NCBI GenBank assembly: GCA_049414445.1
Contig: JBMSAP010000083.1
Location: 6,171-70,170, forward strand
Direction: 5' to 3'
Origin: Candidatus Caldipriscus sp.
GTDB taxonomy: Bacteria > Hydrothermota > Hydrothermia > LBFQ01
DNA: 64,000 nt
The notes below the pieces were generated by a model. That model ran no database searches and was not told where the DNA came from. It saw nothing but the letters and a program-made list of their open reading frames with translations. Position 1 is the first letter of the stretch. Each line of letters starts with the position of its first letter. The position numbers were made by a program, and so were the translations under genes. Positions 48,526-57,306 of the stretch are shown here, in pieces.

Positions 48526-48996
48526 CTCAATACCCTCAATTTCTGGGGGTTTTATTCTGCTGGAGAGCTCCAGAATAAATATCCCGTTTTCTTTCAACAA
48601 ATTCTTTACGCACTCTAAAATTTCTTCGTACCTTTCCCAGGAATATGGTGGATCCGCGAAGATGATATCAAACCTTTCCCCACCCCAATTCCTACAAAAC
48701 TTTAACGCATCTTCCCTTATAACCAAACCCAAATCCAACACCCCAAGTTTTTTAAGGTTTTCATTCACCACCTTAGCGCTCTCGTTTCTGATATCCACAA
48801 ATACGCAAAATTTTGCACCCCTTGATATCGCCTCCAAACCCAGGGCTCCGCTTCCGCAAAATATATCCAAAACCCTCAATCCTTCAACATCCCCGATTAT
48901 ATCAAAGATCCTTTTTCTGTTGAAGGCGCTCGTGGGCCTTATATCTTTCGGTACTTTTATCTTAAATCCCCTAAATTTACCTCCAGTTATCTGCAT
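48460..48996 (-). CDS. rsmD: 16S rRNA (guanine966-N2)-methyltransferase RsmD
   Basis: 178 aa. 'LDIFCGSGALGLEAISRGA' SAM motif and 'FADPPY' catalytic motif. Confidence 0.8.
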   Translation of the reverse strand: MQITGGKFRGFKIKVPKDIRPTSAFNRKRIFDIIGDVEGLRVLDIFCGSGALGLEAISRGAKFCVFVDIRNESAKVVNENLKKLGVLDLGLVIREDALKFCRNWGGERFDIIFADPPYSWERYEEILECVKNLLKENGIFILELSSRIKPPEIEGIELFKFVKGGDSAFAFYRLRPQR

Positions 48997-49829
48997 CTTT
49001 CCTCCAAGATTTTAAAAGCCTCCTTTAAGCTCCAATTCGTGGAATTTAGGATTTTCTCCGCTTCTTCCCCGCTTACTCCGAACTCCTCCATAAGCGTTTT
49101 AACAGCCCTAGCCTTTAACTTTCCAGAAAGTGATACCATATCCACCATCCTACCGCGCCTGATCTTCTCAAGGAACACGGCCCCTAGGAGGGATATGGTA
49201 TTTAAAATTACCTTCTGAACGGTAGCGGACTTCATCCTCGTTGAACCCGGCAAAATTTCGGCCCCAACATCCACGCACAGGTTTATATCCGCCTTTATTT
49301 TAACCCTATCCTCAGAATTCGTTGAGATAAGGACCGTCTTACAACCCATCTCCTTAGCCCTATCTATTGCACCCTTTACAAAAGGCGTTCTACCCGATGC
49401 TGAAATCCCAATTAAAAGGTCTTTTCCCGAAAGTTTCAACCTTGAAACCAAAGCCTTACCCACAAAGTACCTGTCCTCCGCCCCTTCCCTTGAGGAAAAT
49501 ACCGCGCCCTTCCCCCCCGCTATAAAGGCCATAACCCTATCTTTACCTATCCCGAAAGTGGGGAACAATTCGGCGGATTCCATAATCGCGAGCCTACCCG
49601 ATGTCCCCGCCCCAACCATAACCACCCTACCTCCATTTCTCAAGCTTTCCGCCCAAATTTCCGATATTTGTATTATTTTATCATAATATTCCAAAACCTT
49701 CAAAAGCCCATAAATGTTATCCTTAACCGAGAGCTCCACTATCCCCTTAGGTGATAGATCATTTAGGCTGATCTCCTTACTTTCGGTTTTGAGGATGGAT
49801 ATTTCCCTTAAAACCTCATAGAGGTTCAT
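48987..49829 (-). CDS. murQ: N-acetylmuramic acid 6-phosphate etherase-like SIS-domain protein
   Basis: 280 aa. SIS phospho-sugar-binding 'GRVVMVGAGTSGRLAIMESAEL'. Overall MurQ-family layout. Confidence 0.65.
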   Translation of the reverse strand: MNLYEVLREISILKTESKEISLNDLSPKGIVELSVKDNIYGLLKVLEYYDKIIQISEIWAESLRNGGRVVMVGAGTSGRLAIMESAELFPTFGIGKDRVMAFIAGGKGAVFSSREGAEDRYFVGKALVSRLKLSGKDLLIGISASGRTPFVKGAIDRAKEMGCKTVLISTNSEDRVKIKADINLCVDVGAEILPGSTRMKSATVQKVILNTISLLGAVFLEKIRRGRMVDMVSLSGKLKARAVKTLMEEFGVSGEEAEKILNSTNWSLKEAFKILEERCR

Positions 49830-49859
49830 TGAACGAAGATTTTAGGGTAGAATAGACGT

Positions 49860-50669
49860 TTGAGGGGATTTCTGGCTTTAATTTTGGCATCCTTCTTTTG
49901 GGGCACATCCCCTCCCGCCACGGAATTTGCCCTTAGAAACTTTTCCCCGCAAGTTATAATATTTTTGAGGTTCTTCTTAAGCTCAGTTCTCCTTTTTGTT
50001 TTCTTGAGGAAAAGGCCTATTTTATCAAAACCCGCGATAACTTTGGGATTCTTAAATGCCTTGGCGTACGAATTTCAATTTACCGGGCAGGTTTATACCA
50101 CCGCGGCGAAGGTGGCAATAATTTCCAACACCTTTCCCATTTTTGTAGGGATCCTTTCACCCATATTTTTGGGCGAGAAACCGAATCTCAAACAGATTGC
50201 TTCAATAATCTTGGGGATCCTCGGAATTCTCTTAGTTGGGAACGTTTTCAGCTTTGTTGGGATCAATTTGGGGGACGCCCTTTCTTTAATCGCCTCCCTT
50301 ATCTACGCATTATACGTAATTATCGCGAAGAAGTTTTCAACGAGGGAGAACCCGATAATTTACACCTTTTCCACCAATTTGATATCCACAGCAACCGCAT
50401 TCCTCTTTCTGCCTATATCTCCAAATTTTTCTCCCGACCTTTTATCCATACTTTCAATAATTTGGCTTGCGGTTTTCCCATCCACCTTGGGTTATGCCCT
50501 ATACTTTTACGGTTTAAGGGAGGTGGGGGCTATATCCTCTTCGGTGATAATTTTATCTACCATAGTTTTCGGTGCGCTACTCTCAATTCTTATACTCGGA
50601 GAAACCTTGAACCTTACGGAAAGTCTGGGATTACTCCTTGTGTGCCTTGGCGTCCTAATGGCGAGGTGA
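49860..50669 (+). CDS. EamA/DMT-superfamily transporter
   Basis: 269 aa, ~9-10 TM. Duplicated EamA-like halves. Confidence 0.6.
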   Translation: MRGFLALILASFFWGTSPPATEFALRNFSPQVIIFLRFFLSSVLLFVFLRKRPILSKPAITLGFLNALAYEFQFTGQVYTTAAKVAIISNTFPIFVGILSPIFLGEKPNLKQIASIILGILGILLVGNVFSFVGINLGDALSLIASLIYALYVIIAKKFSTRENPIIYTFSTNLISTATAFLFLPISPNFSPDLLSILSIIWLAVFPSTLGYALYFYGLREVGAISSSVIILSTIVFGALLSILILGETLNLTESLGLLLVCLGVLMAR

Positions 50670-51785
50670 TTAGATGCTCCTCTTCAATCCTTCCACAACC
50701 ATATAAACCCTTTCCTCCCCCATATTTCCCCAGAGGGGTAATGTTAGGGTCCTTGAGGAGTACTCCTCGGTTTTCGGTAGCTTTTTACCGTTGTTGTAAA
50801 ACGAAAATAGATGGACGGGTGGGTAATGTACGCTCGTGGATATACCCATTTCCGCCAGCCTTTCCGCCACTTTATCCCTATTCACCCCCTTGGGTAAGAT
50901 TATGGGAAATATATAGTGGGAGGAAGCTTCAATGGGAATATCGAGGAAGGGTATTAGGATTTCTGGAAGTTCTTCCGAAATTAACTTCCTGTAAAGGGAA
51001 ACGAGCTTTTCCCTCTTTCGGTTCTCCTCTCTCAGTTTCCTCAAATTCGCCAAACCTATTGCGGATTGTAGCTCCGATGGCCTAAGGTTTAATCCGAGAT
51101 CCAAAACGTCATATATCCTGTTCTTTCCCTCCCTAAACCTCTCCCAAGAGGATGTACTCATACCGTGGGATCTGAAAAGTTTAGCCCTTCTGTATATTTC
51201 CGAATCATCGGTTAAAATGTACCCCCCTTCCCCCGTTGATAGGTTCTTATTGGCAAAGGTGCTAAAGGCCCCTATTTTCCCCCATGTTCCCGCAAATTTT
51301 CCCTTATAAAATGCCCCATGCGCATGGGATGCATCCTCTATCAAAATTAAGCCCCTATCCTCGCAAAGCTCCCTGATCTCATCAACGAAAAGGGAATAAC
51401 CCGCATAATTTACATACACAACCCCGGAAACATCCCTATCTAAAACCTTCTCAACTTCTTCCGCGGATATTACCAGATAGTTTAAAGAGTGAATATCGGA
51501 AAATACTGGTTCCAAATTGAGGAAAACCAAGGCGTTGACCGTTGCCACAAAAGTTAGAGAAGGTACTATCACCTTTCTTTTCAAATTTGCGGCTCGGTAG
51601 GCTGCCAGTAAAGCCGAGGTTCCACTGCTGAAGGATAAAGCAAAATTAACCCCGTAAAATTCCCTTAAAGCCCTTTCATACTCCTCCGTTTTTGGTCCCA
51701 TGGATACCCATTTGCTTCTCAATACCTCCAAAACTTCCCTCTCTTCATCCTCATCCCAATTCAGCTCAAAAAGGGGGATCTTCAT
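50670..51785 (-). CDS. DegT/DnrJ/EryC1/StrS-family PLP-dependent sugar aminotransferase
   Basis: 371 aa. 'SGTSALLAA', and the PLP-Lys region 'FSTFANKNLSTGEGGYILTDD'. Confidence 0.8.
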   Translation of the reverse strand: MKIPLFELNWDEDEEREVLEVLRSKWVSMGPKTEEYERALREFYGVNFALSFSSGTSALLAAYRAANLKRKVIVPSLTFVATVNALVFLNLEPVFSDIHSLNYLVISAEEVEKVLDRDVSGVVYVNYAGYSLFVDEIRELCEDRGLILIEDASHAHGAFYKGKFAGTWGKIGAFSTFANKNLSTGEGGYILTDDSEIYRRAKLFRSHGMSTSSWERFREGKNRIYDVLDLGLNLRPSELQSAIGLANLRKLREENRKREKLVSLYRKLISEELPEILIPFLDIPIEASSHYIFPIILPKGVNRDKVAERLAEMGISTSVHYPPVHLFSFYNNGKKLPKTEEYSSRTLTLPLWGNMGEERVYMVVEGLKRSI

Positions 51786-52765
51786 CTAAAGTGTTGCCAA
51801 CCCAAGGGTGGGATCTTGTTCCCCTTTATATCAAATACCCCAACCTCCCCAAGCCTCACCTCACCTATTTGTGTAAATTTTAAATCTTCCAAGATTTTCG
51901 TATATTCCTTGGGAGCGGTTATGATAAGCTCGTACTCCTCACCACTTGAAAGGGCAATTTCGTAAGGATCCCTGTTTAGGTTCTTTGCAACGAACTTTAC
52001 GGAATCCTTTATTGGTATTGCGCTTGGGTCAATATATATGCCCATTTGGGATGCTTTGGCCATCCTCCACAGATCTATTGCCAAGCCGTCGGAAACATCA
52101 ATGGCGGAGCTTACATTTATACCCTCCGCCCTCACCCTCAAAGCCTCCTTTATCTTGGGTTCCGGGGAGGAAACCTTCATCCTCGTTTCCCTAAACCACC
52201 ATTCGTAACCTTTAGCCTTCAGCTCCTGACCCAAGAAAAATGCCTTTACCCTACCAAATTCCCCCGTCACGAACACAAGGTCCCCATCCTTGGCACCATC
52301 CCTCCTCCAAGCGGTCCCCCTCTTCACCTCCCCCAAAACCGTTATGGTTATTGAAAGGGAACTTCCCCTACTTATATTCCCACCCAGAAGATCCACGCAG
52401 TACTCCTTTAACAAAGTTTCAAAGCCTTTGTAAATCTCCCTTAACCTTTCAAGGTTTTTTTCGCTAACCTCAACATTTACGAGTATCCCCAAGGGTTCCC
52501 CACCCATAGCCGCTATATCGGAAAGCGCCCCAGCGAGGGCCCTGTGCCCGATCTCTTCGGGCCTAAGCAAGGAGAAGGTAAAATGTACCCCCTCAACGGA
52601 TGTATCAACGCTCACTATGAGATCCTTAAACAGGTTCTCCCTTAAAACCGCGCAATCATCCCCAACACCCAAAACTACCCTGGACCCGTAATTCCTAAAA
52701 TTTGAAACCAGCTCCTCTATTATTCTATCTTCCTCCATTCCCCTCTTCCTTGAACTTTTCCTCAA
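51782..52765 (-). CDS. thiL: Thiamine-monophosphate kinase
   Basis: 327 aa. AIR-synthase-related fold with ThiL-type 'GVGDDCAVL' and 'VSVDTSVEGVHF' motifs. Confidence 0.75.
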   Translation of the reverse strand: MRKSSRKRGMEEDRIIEELVSNFRNYGSRVVLGVGDDCAVLRENLFKDLIVSVDTSVEGVHFTFSLLRPEEIGHRALAGALSDIAAMGGEPLGILVNVEVSEKNLERLREIYKGFETLLKEYCVDLLGGNISRGSSLSITITVLGEVKRGTAWRRDGAKDGDLVFVTGEFGRVKAFFLGQELKAKGYEWWFRETRMKVSSPEPKIKEALRVRAEGINVSSAIDVSDGLAIDLWRMAKASQMGIYIDPSAIPIKDSVKFVAKNLNRDPYEIALSSGEEYELIITAPKEYTKILEDLKFTQIGEVRLGEVGVFDIKGNKIPPLGWQHFR

Positions 52766-54788
52766 AGACTACTATCTTGTAATCTTTCTTTATCTGCTCA
52801 AGAACCTGCTCGTAAAGGGCCTTCTCTTTTTCGTACCTCAACTTCTCGCGGATGTAAGACTTCACCTCGTCAAAGGGCTTTACCCTCTCCTTTATCTTCT
52901 CCAAAACCCTATAGACCGCCCAGTTCCCATCGTTGAGCTTTCCTATGCTCCAAACCCTAAGGGGTTTCTTCCATGCTTCCTTAAACAGGTCTGGCTCCTT
53001 GTCGGGGATAAGGAAGGCAAATCCCCCAGCCATACCTTCTCCCGTGTAAGCGGATGTCTTCCTTATGAATTCCCTGAGCTTGTTCTCGTTCTTTATTGAA
53101 GATACCTTAGCTAGGACCTTGCGGGCGGAATCCCTCGTGGGTACTACCACCCTCTGTACCCTGATCCTTGCCATCTCCTTAAACTCCTTATCCTTGTTCT
53201 TCTCGTAATACTCCTTAACCTCATCGTCGGAAACGGAAACCTTACCCTTTACGAGGACATCATAGAGGCGCAAGAGCATGGCATCCCTGTAAGAATCCCT
53301 TAGGCGTTTGAAGAATGGGTAATGGAGATAATACCTCCTAAACTCCGCCTCCGAAACCTCCAAGATCTCCTGAACCATAATGTCATTTACGAGCTGATAT
53401 GCTCCTTTTGGCGATAGATAATAAGACCTATACCTCGCGGGCATCTTGTTTAGTCTATCCTCAAAATCCGCCTTTGTGATGGCCTTGTTTATCTTCTGAA
53501 TCACCGCAAGGGTTTCGGGCAAGGCTTTTAAGAAGTTCTTCTCCTCCTCCGTCAAAACCTTACCCTCATACTCCTTTTCTTTTTCGCCTTTCCTAACTTC
53601 CGAGGTATCCTCCTTTAAGAAGATCTTAACCCCATAAAACTCCCTTAACCTTTTCTTTTCACTTTCAAAAACCTCCCTCTCCTTCTGCCCCTCCACCGCT
53701 CCCCTCACCATCGTTTTAACTTCCTCAAAGCTCCTTATCCTATCCTTCTCCTTGCCCTCAACCTTTATAACCATCCAGAGGGTATCCCTCTTGTAAATAA
53801 ACACGCTTCCCGTGACCTTTTCGTAAGCTGCGTTAAAGATGTCCCTCAAGCTCTCGTAAGTATCGTAAATTGAGAGCCTTCCCCCCGTTTCAACATCCGC
53901 CTTCTCAACGGAAAACTCCTTAACCAGAGAATCTATATTCTTACCCTCTTTAACGTATTTCAAAACCTCCTTCGCCTTTGCGCTATCTTTTAGAACGATC
54001 CTCCTTATATCCACCCTTGCGGGGACCCTATATTGGGACTTGTTGGCATTGTAATAAGCCAGGAGTTCCTGATCCGTGGCCTTTGCCTTCTCCCTAACCC
54101 CATACTGATAGTAAGCCTGACGAAGGATGTTTATCTTATCCATCTCAACCTTTTCCCTCACTTCCTTTGAAGTGTCAAGGCGCATACTTTCCGCAAGCCT
54201 GAGCGCCGCAACTTCTATAGCCAACCTCTCCGCTATCTGCTTCCTACCCTCGGGATTGTCAAACTGGGCCCTATTAAAGGGTGGTATCTGTTCAATGGCG
54301 TAATCCACCATCATAGAGGTTACATAACCCCCATCATATACAACCACTGTGTCTGGGAAGTTCCTCCTGAACATCTCCTCAACCGCCTGGGATGCGGATT
54401 CGAAGTACTTACCGTTTGGGAACCTTATTGCCAGCTCCTCATAGAGCTTTCCCGCCTCCGCGTAATTTCCCAAAAGCTCCGAAAGTAAAGCCTTCCTGTA
54501 TAAAACTTCCTGAGATGCGGGGGAAGTTTTCTTAACCTTAACTTTATTCACCAAATCCAGCGCTCTCCTGTAATCCCTGTACCTGTAGAGGTAAATATCC
54601 GCGGAGAGCAGATTCCCCCAATGTCCGTCCGCTTTCCTCAGATCGTTGAGGGCCCCCTCGTAATCCCCCTTAAGTTCCTTTAGAAGGGCATTTGTGATCC
54701 CCTCATTTTTAACGAACCCATCCTCAACATACTTACCCGCGCAGGACAAAACAAAAAACAACAAGAAAAATCCTAGAAACCTCCTCAT
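52725..54788 (-). CDS. Periplasmic parvulin-type peptidyl-prolyl isomerase / chaperone (SurA/PpiD-like)
   Basis: 687 aa. Signal peptide 'MRRFLGFFLLFFVLSCAG', helical SurA-N-like chaperone region, parvulin PPIase domain ('...AGGFAFLIPDKEPDLF...'). Confidence 0.6.
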   Translation of the reverse strand: MRRFLGFFLLFFVLSCAGKYVEDGFVKNEGITNALLKELKGDYEGALNDLRKADGHWGNLLSADIYLYRYRDYRRALDLVNKVKVKKTSPASQEVLYRKALLSELLGNYAEAGKLYEELAIRFPNGKYFESASQAVEEMFRRNFPDTVVVYDGGYVTSMMVDYAIEQIPPFNRAQFDNPEGRKQIAERLAIEVAALRLAESMRLDTSKEVREKVEMDKINILRQAYYQYGVREKAKATDQELLAYYNANKSQYRVPARVDIRRIVLKDSAKAKEVLKYVKEGKNIDSLVKEFSVEKADVETGGRLSIYDTYESLRDIFNAAYEKVTGSVFIYKRDTLWMVIKVEGKEKDRIRSFEEVKTMVRGAVEGQKEREVFESEKKRLREFYGVKIFLKEDTSEVRKGEKEKEYEGKVLTEEEKNFLKALPETLAVIQKINKAITKADFEDRLNKMPARYRSYYLSPKGAYQLVNDIMVQEILEVSEAEFRRYYLHYPFFKRLRDSYRDAMLLRLYDVLVKGKVSVSDDEVKEYYEKNKDKEFKEMARIRVQRVVVPTRDSARKVLAKVSSIKNENKLREFIRKTSAYTGEGMAGGFAFLIPDKEPDLFKEAWKKPLRVWSIGKLNDGNWAVYRVLEKIKERVKPFDEVKSYIREKLRYEKEKALYEQVLEQIKKDYKIVVFEEKFKEEGNGGR

Positions 54789-54830
54789 AGGCGGGAATTA
54801 TAAAGGGGGAATTTCGACACACAGGACGAA
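54437..54830 (-). repeat. Repeat copy A: the 5' coding end and promoter region of the PPIase gene, with a partial copy at 57134-57296
   Basis: A 39-nt identical block (TAGAGCTTTCCCGCCTCCGCGTAATTTCCCAAAAGCTCC, 54441-54479), plus ~80% identity over the start-codon/promoter segment. Compared by eye. Confidence 0.6.
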
Positions 54831-55024
54831 AAATTTAGATTCAGAAAAACTGGTTAATAAAAAATTTTTGGCGAGGAGGGGGCTTAAACTCTTGAGAGTT
54901 CTTTTTAGGATTATTCTTTCTGACCCACGCTGTTTTATCACTTGTATGTATCTTTGTCTATAGGCTCCTTCAATCCGGTAGCCAAAGAGGTGATGTTAGA
55001 AAAGTTCTCTACGCTCAATCATCA

Positions 55025-55682
55025 ATGCCATCTATTTTTCTCAGTTGGTTGTTGGATAAATCTAACAGTCGCTCTACAACTTTTGATCCTTTCAGGGCAG
55101 TAATAATTTCTGCCCTTGGAGGGTTGCCTGTCAAAAGCTTAAACCTAAGAACATCACCATCTACGATATACTTGAATCTAAAATCCTTTCTCTTCCACCT
55201 TTACCAGCCCCAAAAACTCTCCATTTGGCACACAAGTTAAAAGAATAGCATCAATTTTGTCCGAGATCAAGTGGGTAAGTCTGCGTTAAATATGCTGGGT
55301 ATTGTATAACTGGTTTGGTTTTTTCCAATGTTTGCAACGCCTTGCCAATCCGCTGGGTTTTCATCTAACGCAGTTTTTATGTCAATATGAACTCTAAAAC
55401 CTTCTTCAGAGTCAAAAACTAAATCCGCACCTATAGGTGTTGAATTGGGAATTTTGAACAGTGCTGAAGCCCAATTATGAAAAACTCTCTCTGCTCCCAT
55501 ATTAAGGTCGCTTTGTTTGTATCCTTTCCTTGCAGTCCTAAGAAAATTATATCAATCCTTATTATATCAATCCTTGAATTTAAAAGGTTTAAAATCTCGC
55601 CTATCCTATTTAGCATAAGCGTCTTTATTGTGATAAAATATCTAAACTCTGCTTCTTCAATTTTAACCAACTTCCTTAACAT
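55025..55682 (-). pseudogene. Frameshifted remnant of a putative PD-(D/E)xK type II restriction endonuclease, cognate to the adjacent methyltransferase
   Basis: The two overlapping ORF-track ORFs (55431-55682, 55267-55500, different frames) plus my own minus-strand translation of 55025-55266 ('...DKIDAILLTCVPNGEFLGLVKVEEKGF' / 'RFKYIVDGDVLRFKLLTGNPPRAEIITALKGSKVVERLLDLSNNQLRKIDGIDD*') form one ~250-aa reading stream broken by at least two frameshifts and one stop. It contains 'LVFD...VHIDIK' (a D...(D/E)xK-like motif) and starts within 20 nt of the MTase stop. Confidence 0.4.
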
Positions 55683-57120
55683 ATCCTTTACATCTTTCTT
55701 TTATTAACTCTGCAAAGCTTGGATTTATCTCAACCAACACTGCATTCCTACCAAGCTTGGACGCCACCTCACCCACAGTGCCCGACCCTGCAAAAGGGTC
55801 TAAAACTGTGCCACCTTCGGGACACCCAAGCCTTATACACATCTCCACCAGCTTGCGTGGAAAAACCGCAAAATGTTCTCCCTTGTAAGGTTCCGTTGCG
55901 ATTGCCCATACATCTCCTATGTTTTTACCCTCTGGATGGCTTTTCACAGTGGAAAGTACCACTACTCTATCCAAAATTAACCTATCGTATGTGTCATCAA
56001 GCCCTAAAATCTCCTTCAGCTTGTACCAGTCCTCAGGGCGAGGAATGCTTCCACCCTTACCCCAGTGGGAAAAATCCTTTCTTAGCCAGTGTCCCACTGT
56101 ATGGATGGAACCAAGCAACTCTCCCAGCTTTTTCAGGGTTAGCCTTCTTTCTTTTAGGTTTTTTCTGAGGTAGTCTGCTATAAGCCCTTGAGGAAATAGC
56201 CATTTTCTTTTGATTATAAGCTTCTCTCCCGTGATTGATAATCTGCCTGCCGGAGATGCTGTTAAAAGGTTGGCTTTTTTATACTTTTCACTCTGTCTTG
56301 AAAAAAGTCCATTTTTTGCATCTTCATATTTTATTTCAGAATATTCAGAATACTCTAATAAGTGCGGTTTAGGGAGTTCCTTGGTTCCACAATGCTTGCA
56401 TATAAACCTCTTGTTATTGGCATAAGACAAATGAACATCCCAATAGCTAAGAGTTTTGCCACAGTTCCCACATATGAAGTTAGCACGTTTTTGATTCAAA
56501 GAAAACTCAAGCCATTCTTCAAATCCACTTTCCCAAAGAATTTTTAAAAGTTCGCCTTTAATTTCTATAACCCTACCGCTACGTTTGTTTCTATAACTCA
56601 AACTATCCTCTACGCTTGCGTTGAGCAATTTGCTAAAATCTATAGCGTAAAACAATTGGGGTTTTTCATTAACCTCTTCAAGATTAAAGTAATACACTTC
56701 CTTGCCAACATTTTTAACGAAAAAAAGAACAGCCTCATATGTGTTATTTAATCTATTTCTTGCTGGTGTGGGCATTGCGTTTGGTTTATACCAAATGATC
56801 TTGTTCTTTAGGACATATTCAGCTTTCTTCATTTCCAAAACCACCATCTCTGGGATCAGTAAAAGCTCTTCGTTCTCATACTTATACCCTATGTTTAAAA
56901 ATACAACCGCTGTATTCTTAAGTTTGTTCCATAGCAATCTAAAAACATTGGCTATTTCTTTTGCATACTCCTCAGGGCTGTTCTCCTGTCCTATCTGCCC
57001 TGCAACACCATAATCCCTTTGCCGATAATATGGGGGTGACGTGATAACACAATCAATGCTATGATCTTTAATTTTTTTATAAACCTGTCTTATATCGCCC
57101 AGAATAAGTTGAACAGCCAT
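55663..57120 (-). CDS. DNA methyltransferase, beta-class (motif IV before motif I); SPPY motif suggests N4-cytosine specificity; carries an internal Cys4 zinc-ribbon insert
   Basis: 485 aa. 'CVITSPPYYRQRDYG' (motif IV) near the N-terminus and 'LDPFAGSGTVGEVASKLGRNAVLVEINPSF' (motif I) near the C-terminus. 'CGNCGK...CKHCGT' in the middle. Codon usage (AAA/AGA/GAA/TTT-rich) differs from the flanking genes. Confidence 0.8.
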   Translation of the reverse strand: MAVQLILGDIRQVYKKIKDHSIDCVITSPPYYRQRDYGVAGQIGQENSPEEYAKEIANVFRLLWNKLKNTAVVFLNIGYKYENEELLLIPEMVVLEMKKAEYVLKNKIIWYKPNAMPTPARNRLNNTYEAVLFFVKNVGKEVYYFNLEEVNEKPQLFYAIDFSKLLNASVEDSLSYRNKRSGRVIEIKGELLKILWESGFEEWLEFSLNQKRANFICGNCGKTLSYWDVHLSYANNKRFICKHCGTKELPKPHLLEYSEYSEIKYEDAKNGLFSRQSEKYKKANLLTASPAGRLSITGEKLIIKRKWLFPQGLIADYLRKNLKERRLTLKKLGELLGSIHTVGHWLRKDFSHWGKGGSIPRPEDWYKLKEILGLDDTYDRLILDRVVVLSTVKSHPEGKNIGDVWAIATEPYKGEHFAVFPRKLVEMCIRLGCPEGGTVLDPFAGSGTVGEVASKLGRNAVLVEINPSFAELIKERCKGYVKEVG

Positions 57121-57133
57121 TTTATTAATTCTC

Positions 57134-57296
57134 TATCTCTTCGTAGAGCTTTCCCGCCTCCGCGTAATTTCCCAAAAGCTCCAAACGCAAAGCCTCAACG
57201 TACTTACTCGAGTAAGACAAAACCAAAATTAACACTAAAAATCCCAAAAATCTCCTCATAGCCGAAAATTATAAAGGGGGAATTTCAACCTTATAA
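57134..57296 (-). repeat. Repeat copy B: a rearranged partial duplicate of the PPIase 5' end/promoter, encoding a 44-aa chimeric mini-ORF
   Basis: Minus-strand translation: MRRFLGFLVLILVLSYSSKYVEALRLELLGNYAEAGKLYEEIEN*. This is the PPIase signal peptide fused to PPIase residues ~97-115, followed by a stop. The TTTATAAT promoter-like element is conserved in both copies. Confidence 0.55.
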
Positions 57297-57306
57297 TTCC
57301 CAACTT

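Noticed and set aside
55025-55240. 71-aa plus-strand ORF in the island
   Set aside because: The opposite strand carries the more protein-like (though frameshifted) endonuclease-remnant reading stream that is contiguous with the MTase operon. The plus-strand ORF has no motifs and a Ser/Leu-rich composition.
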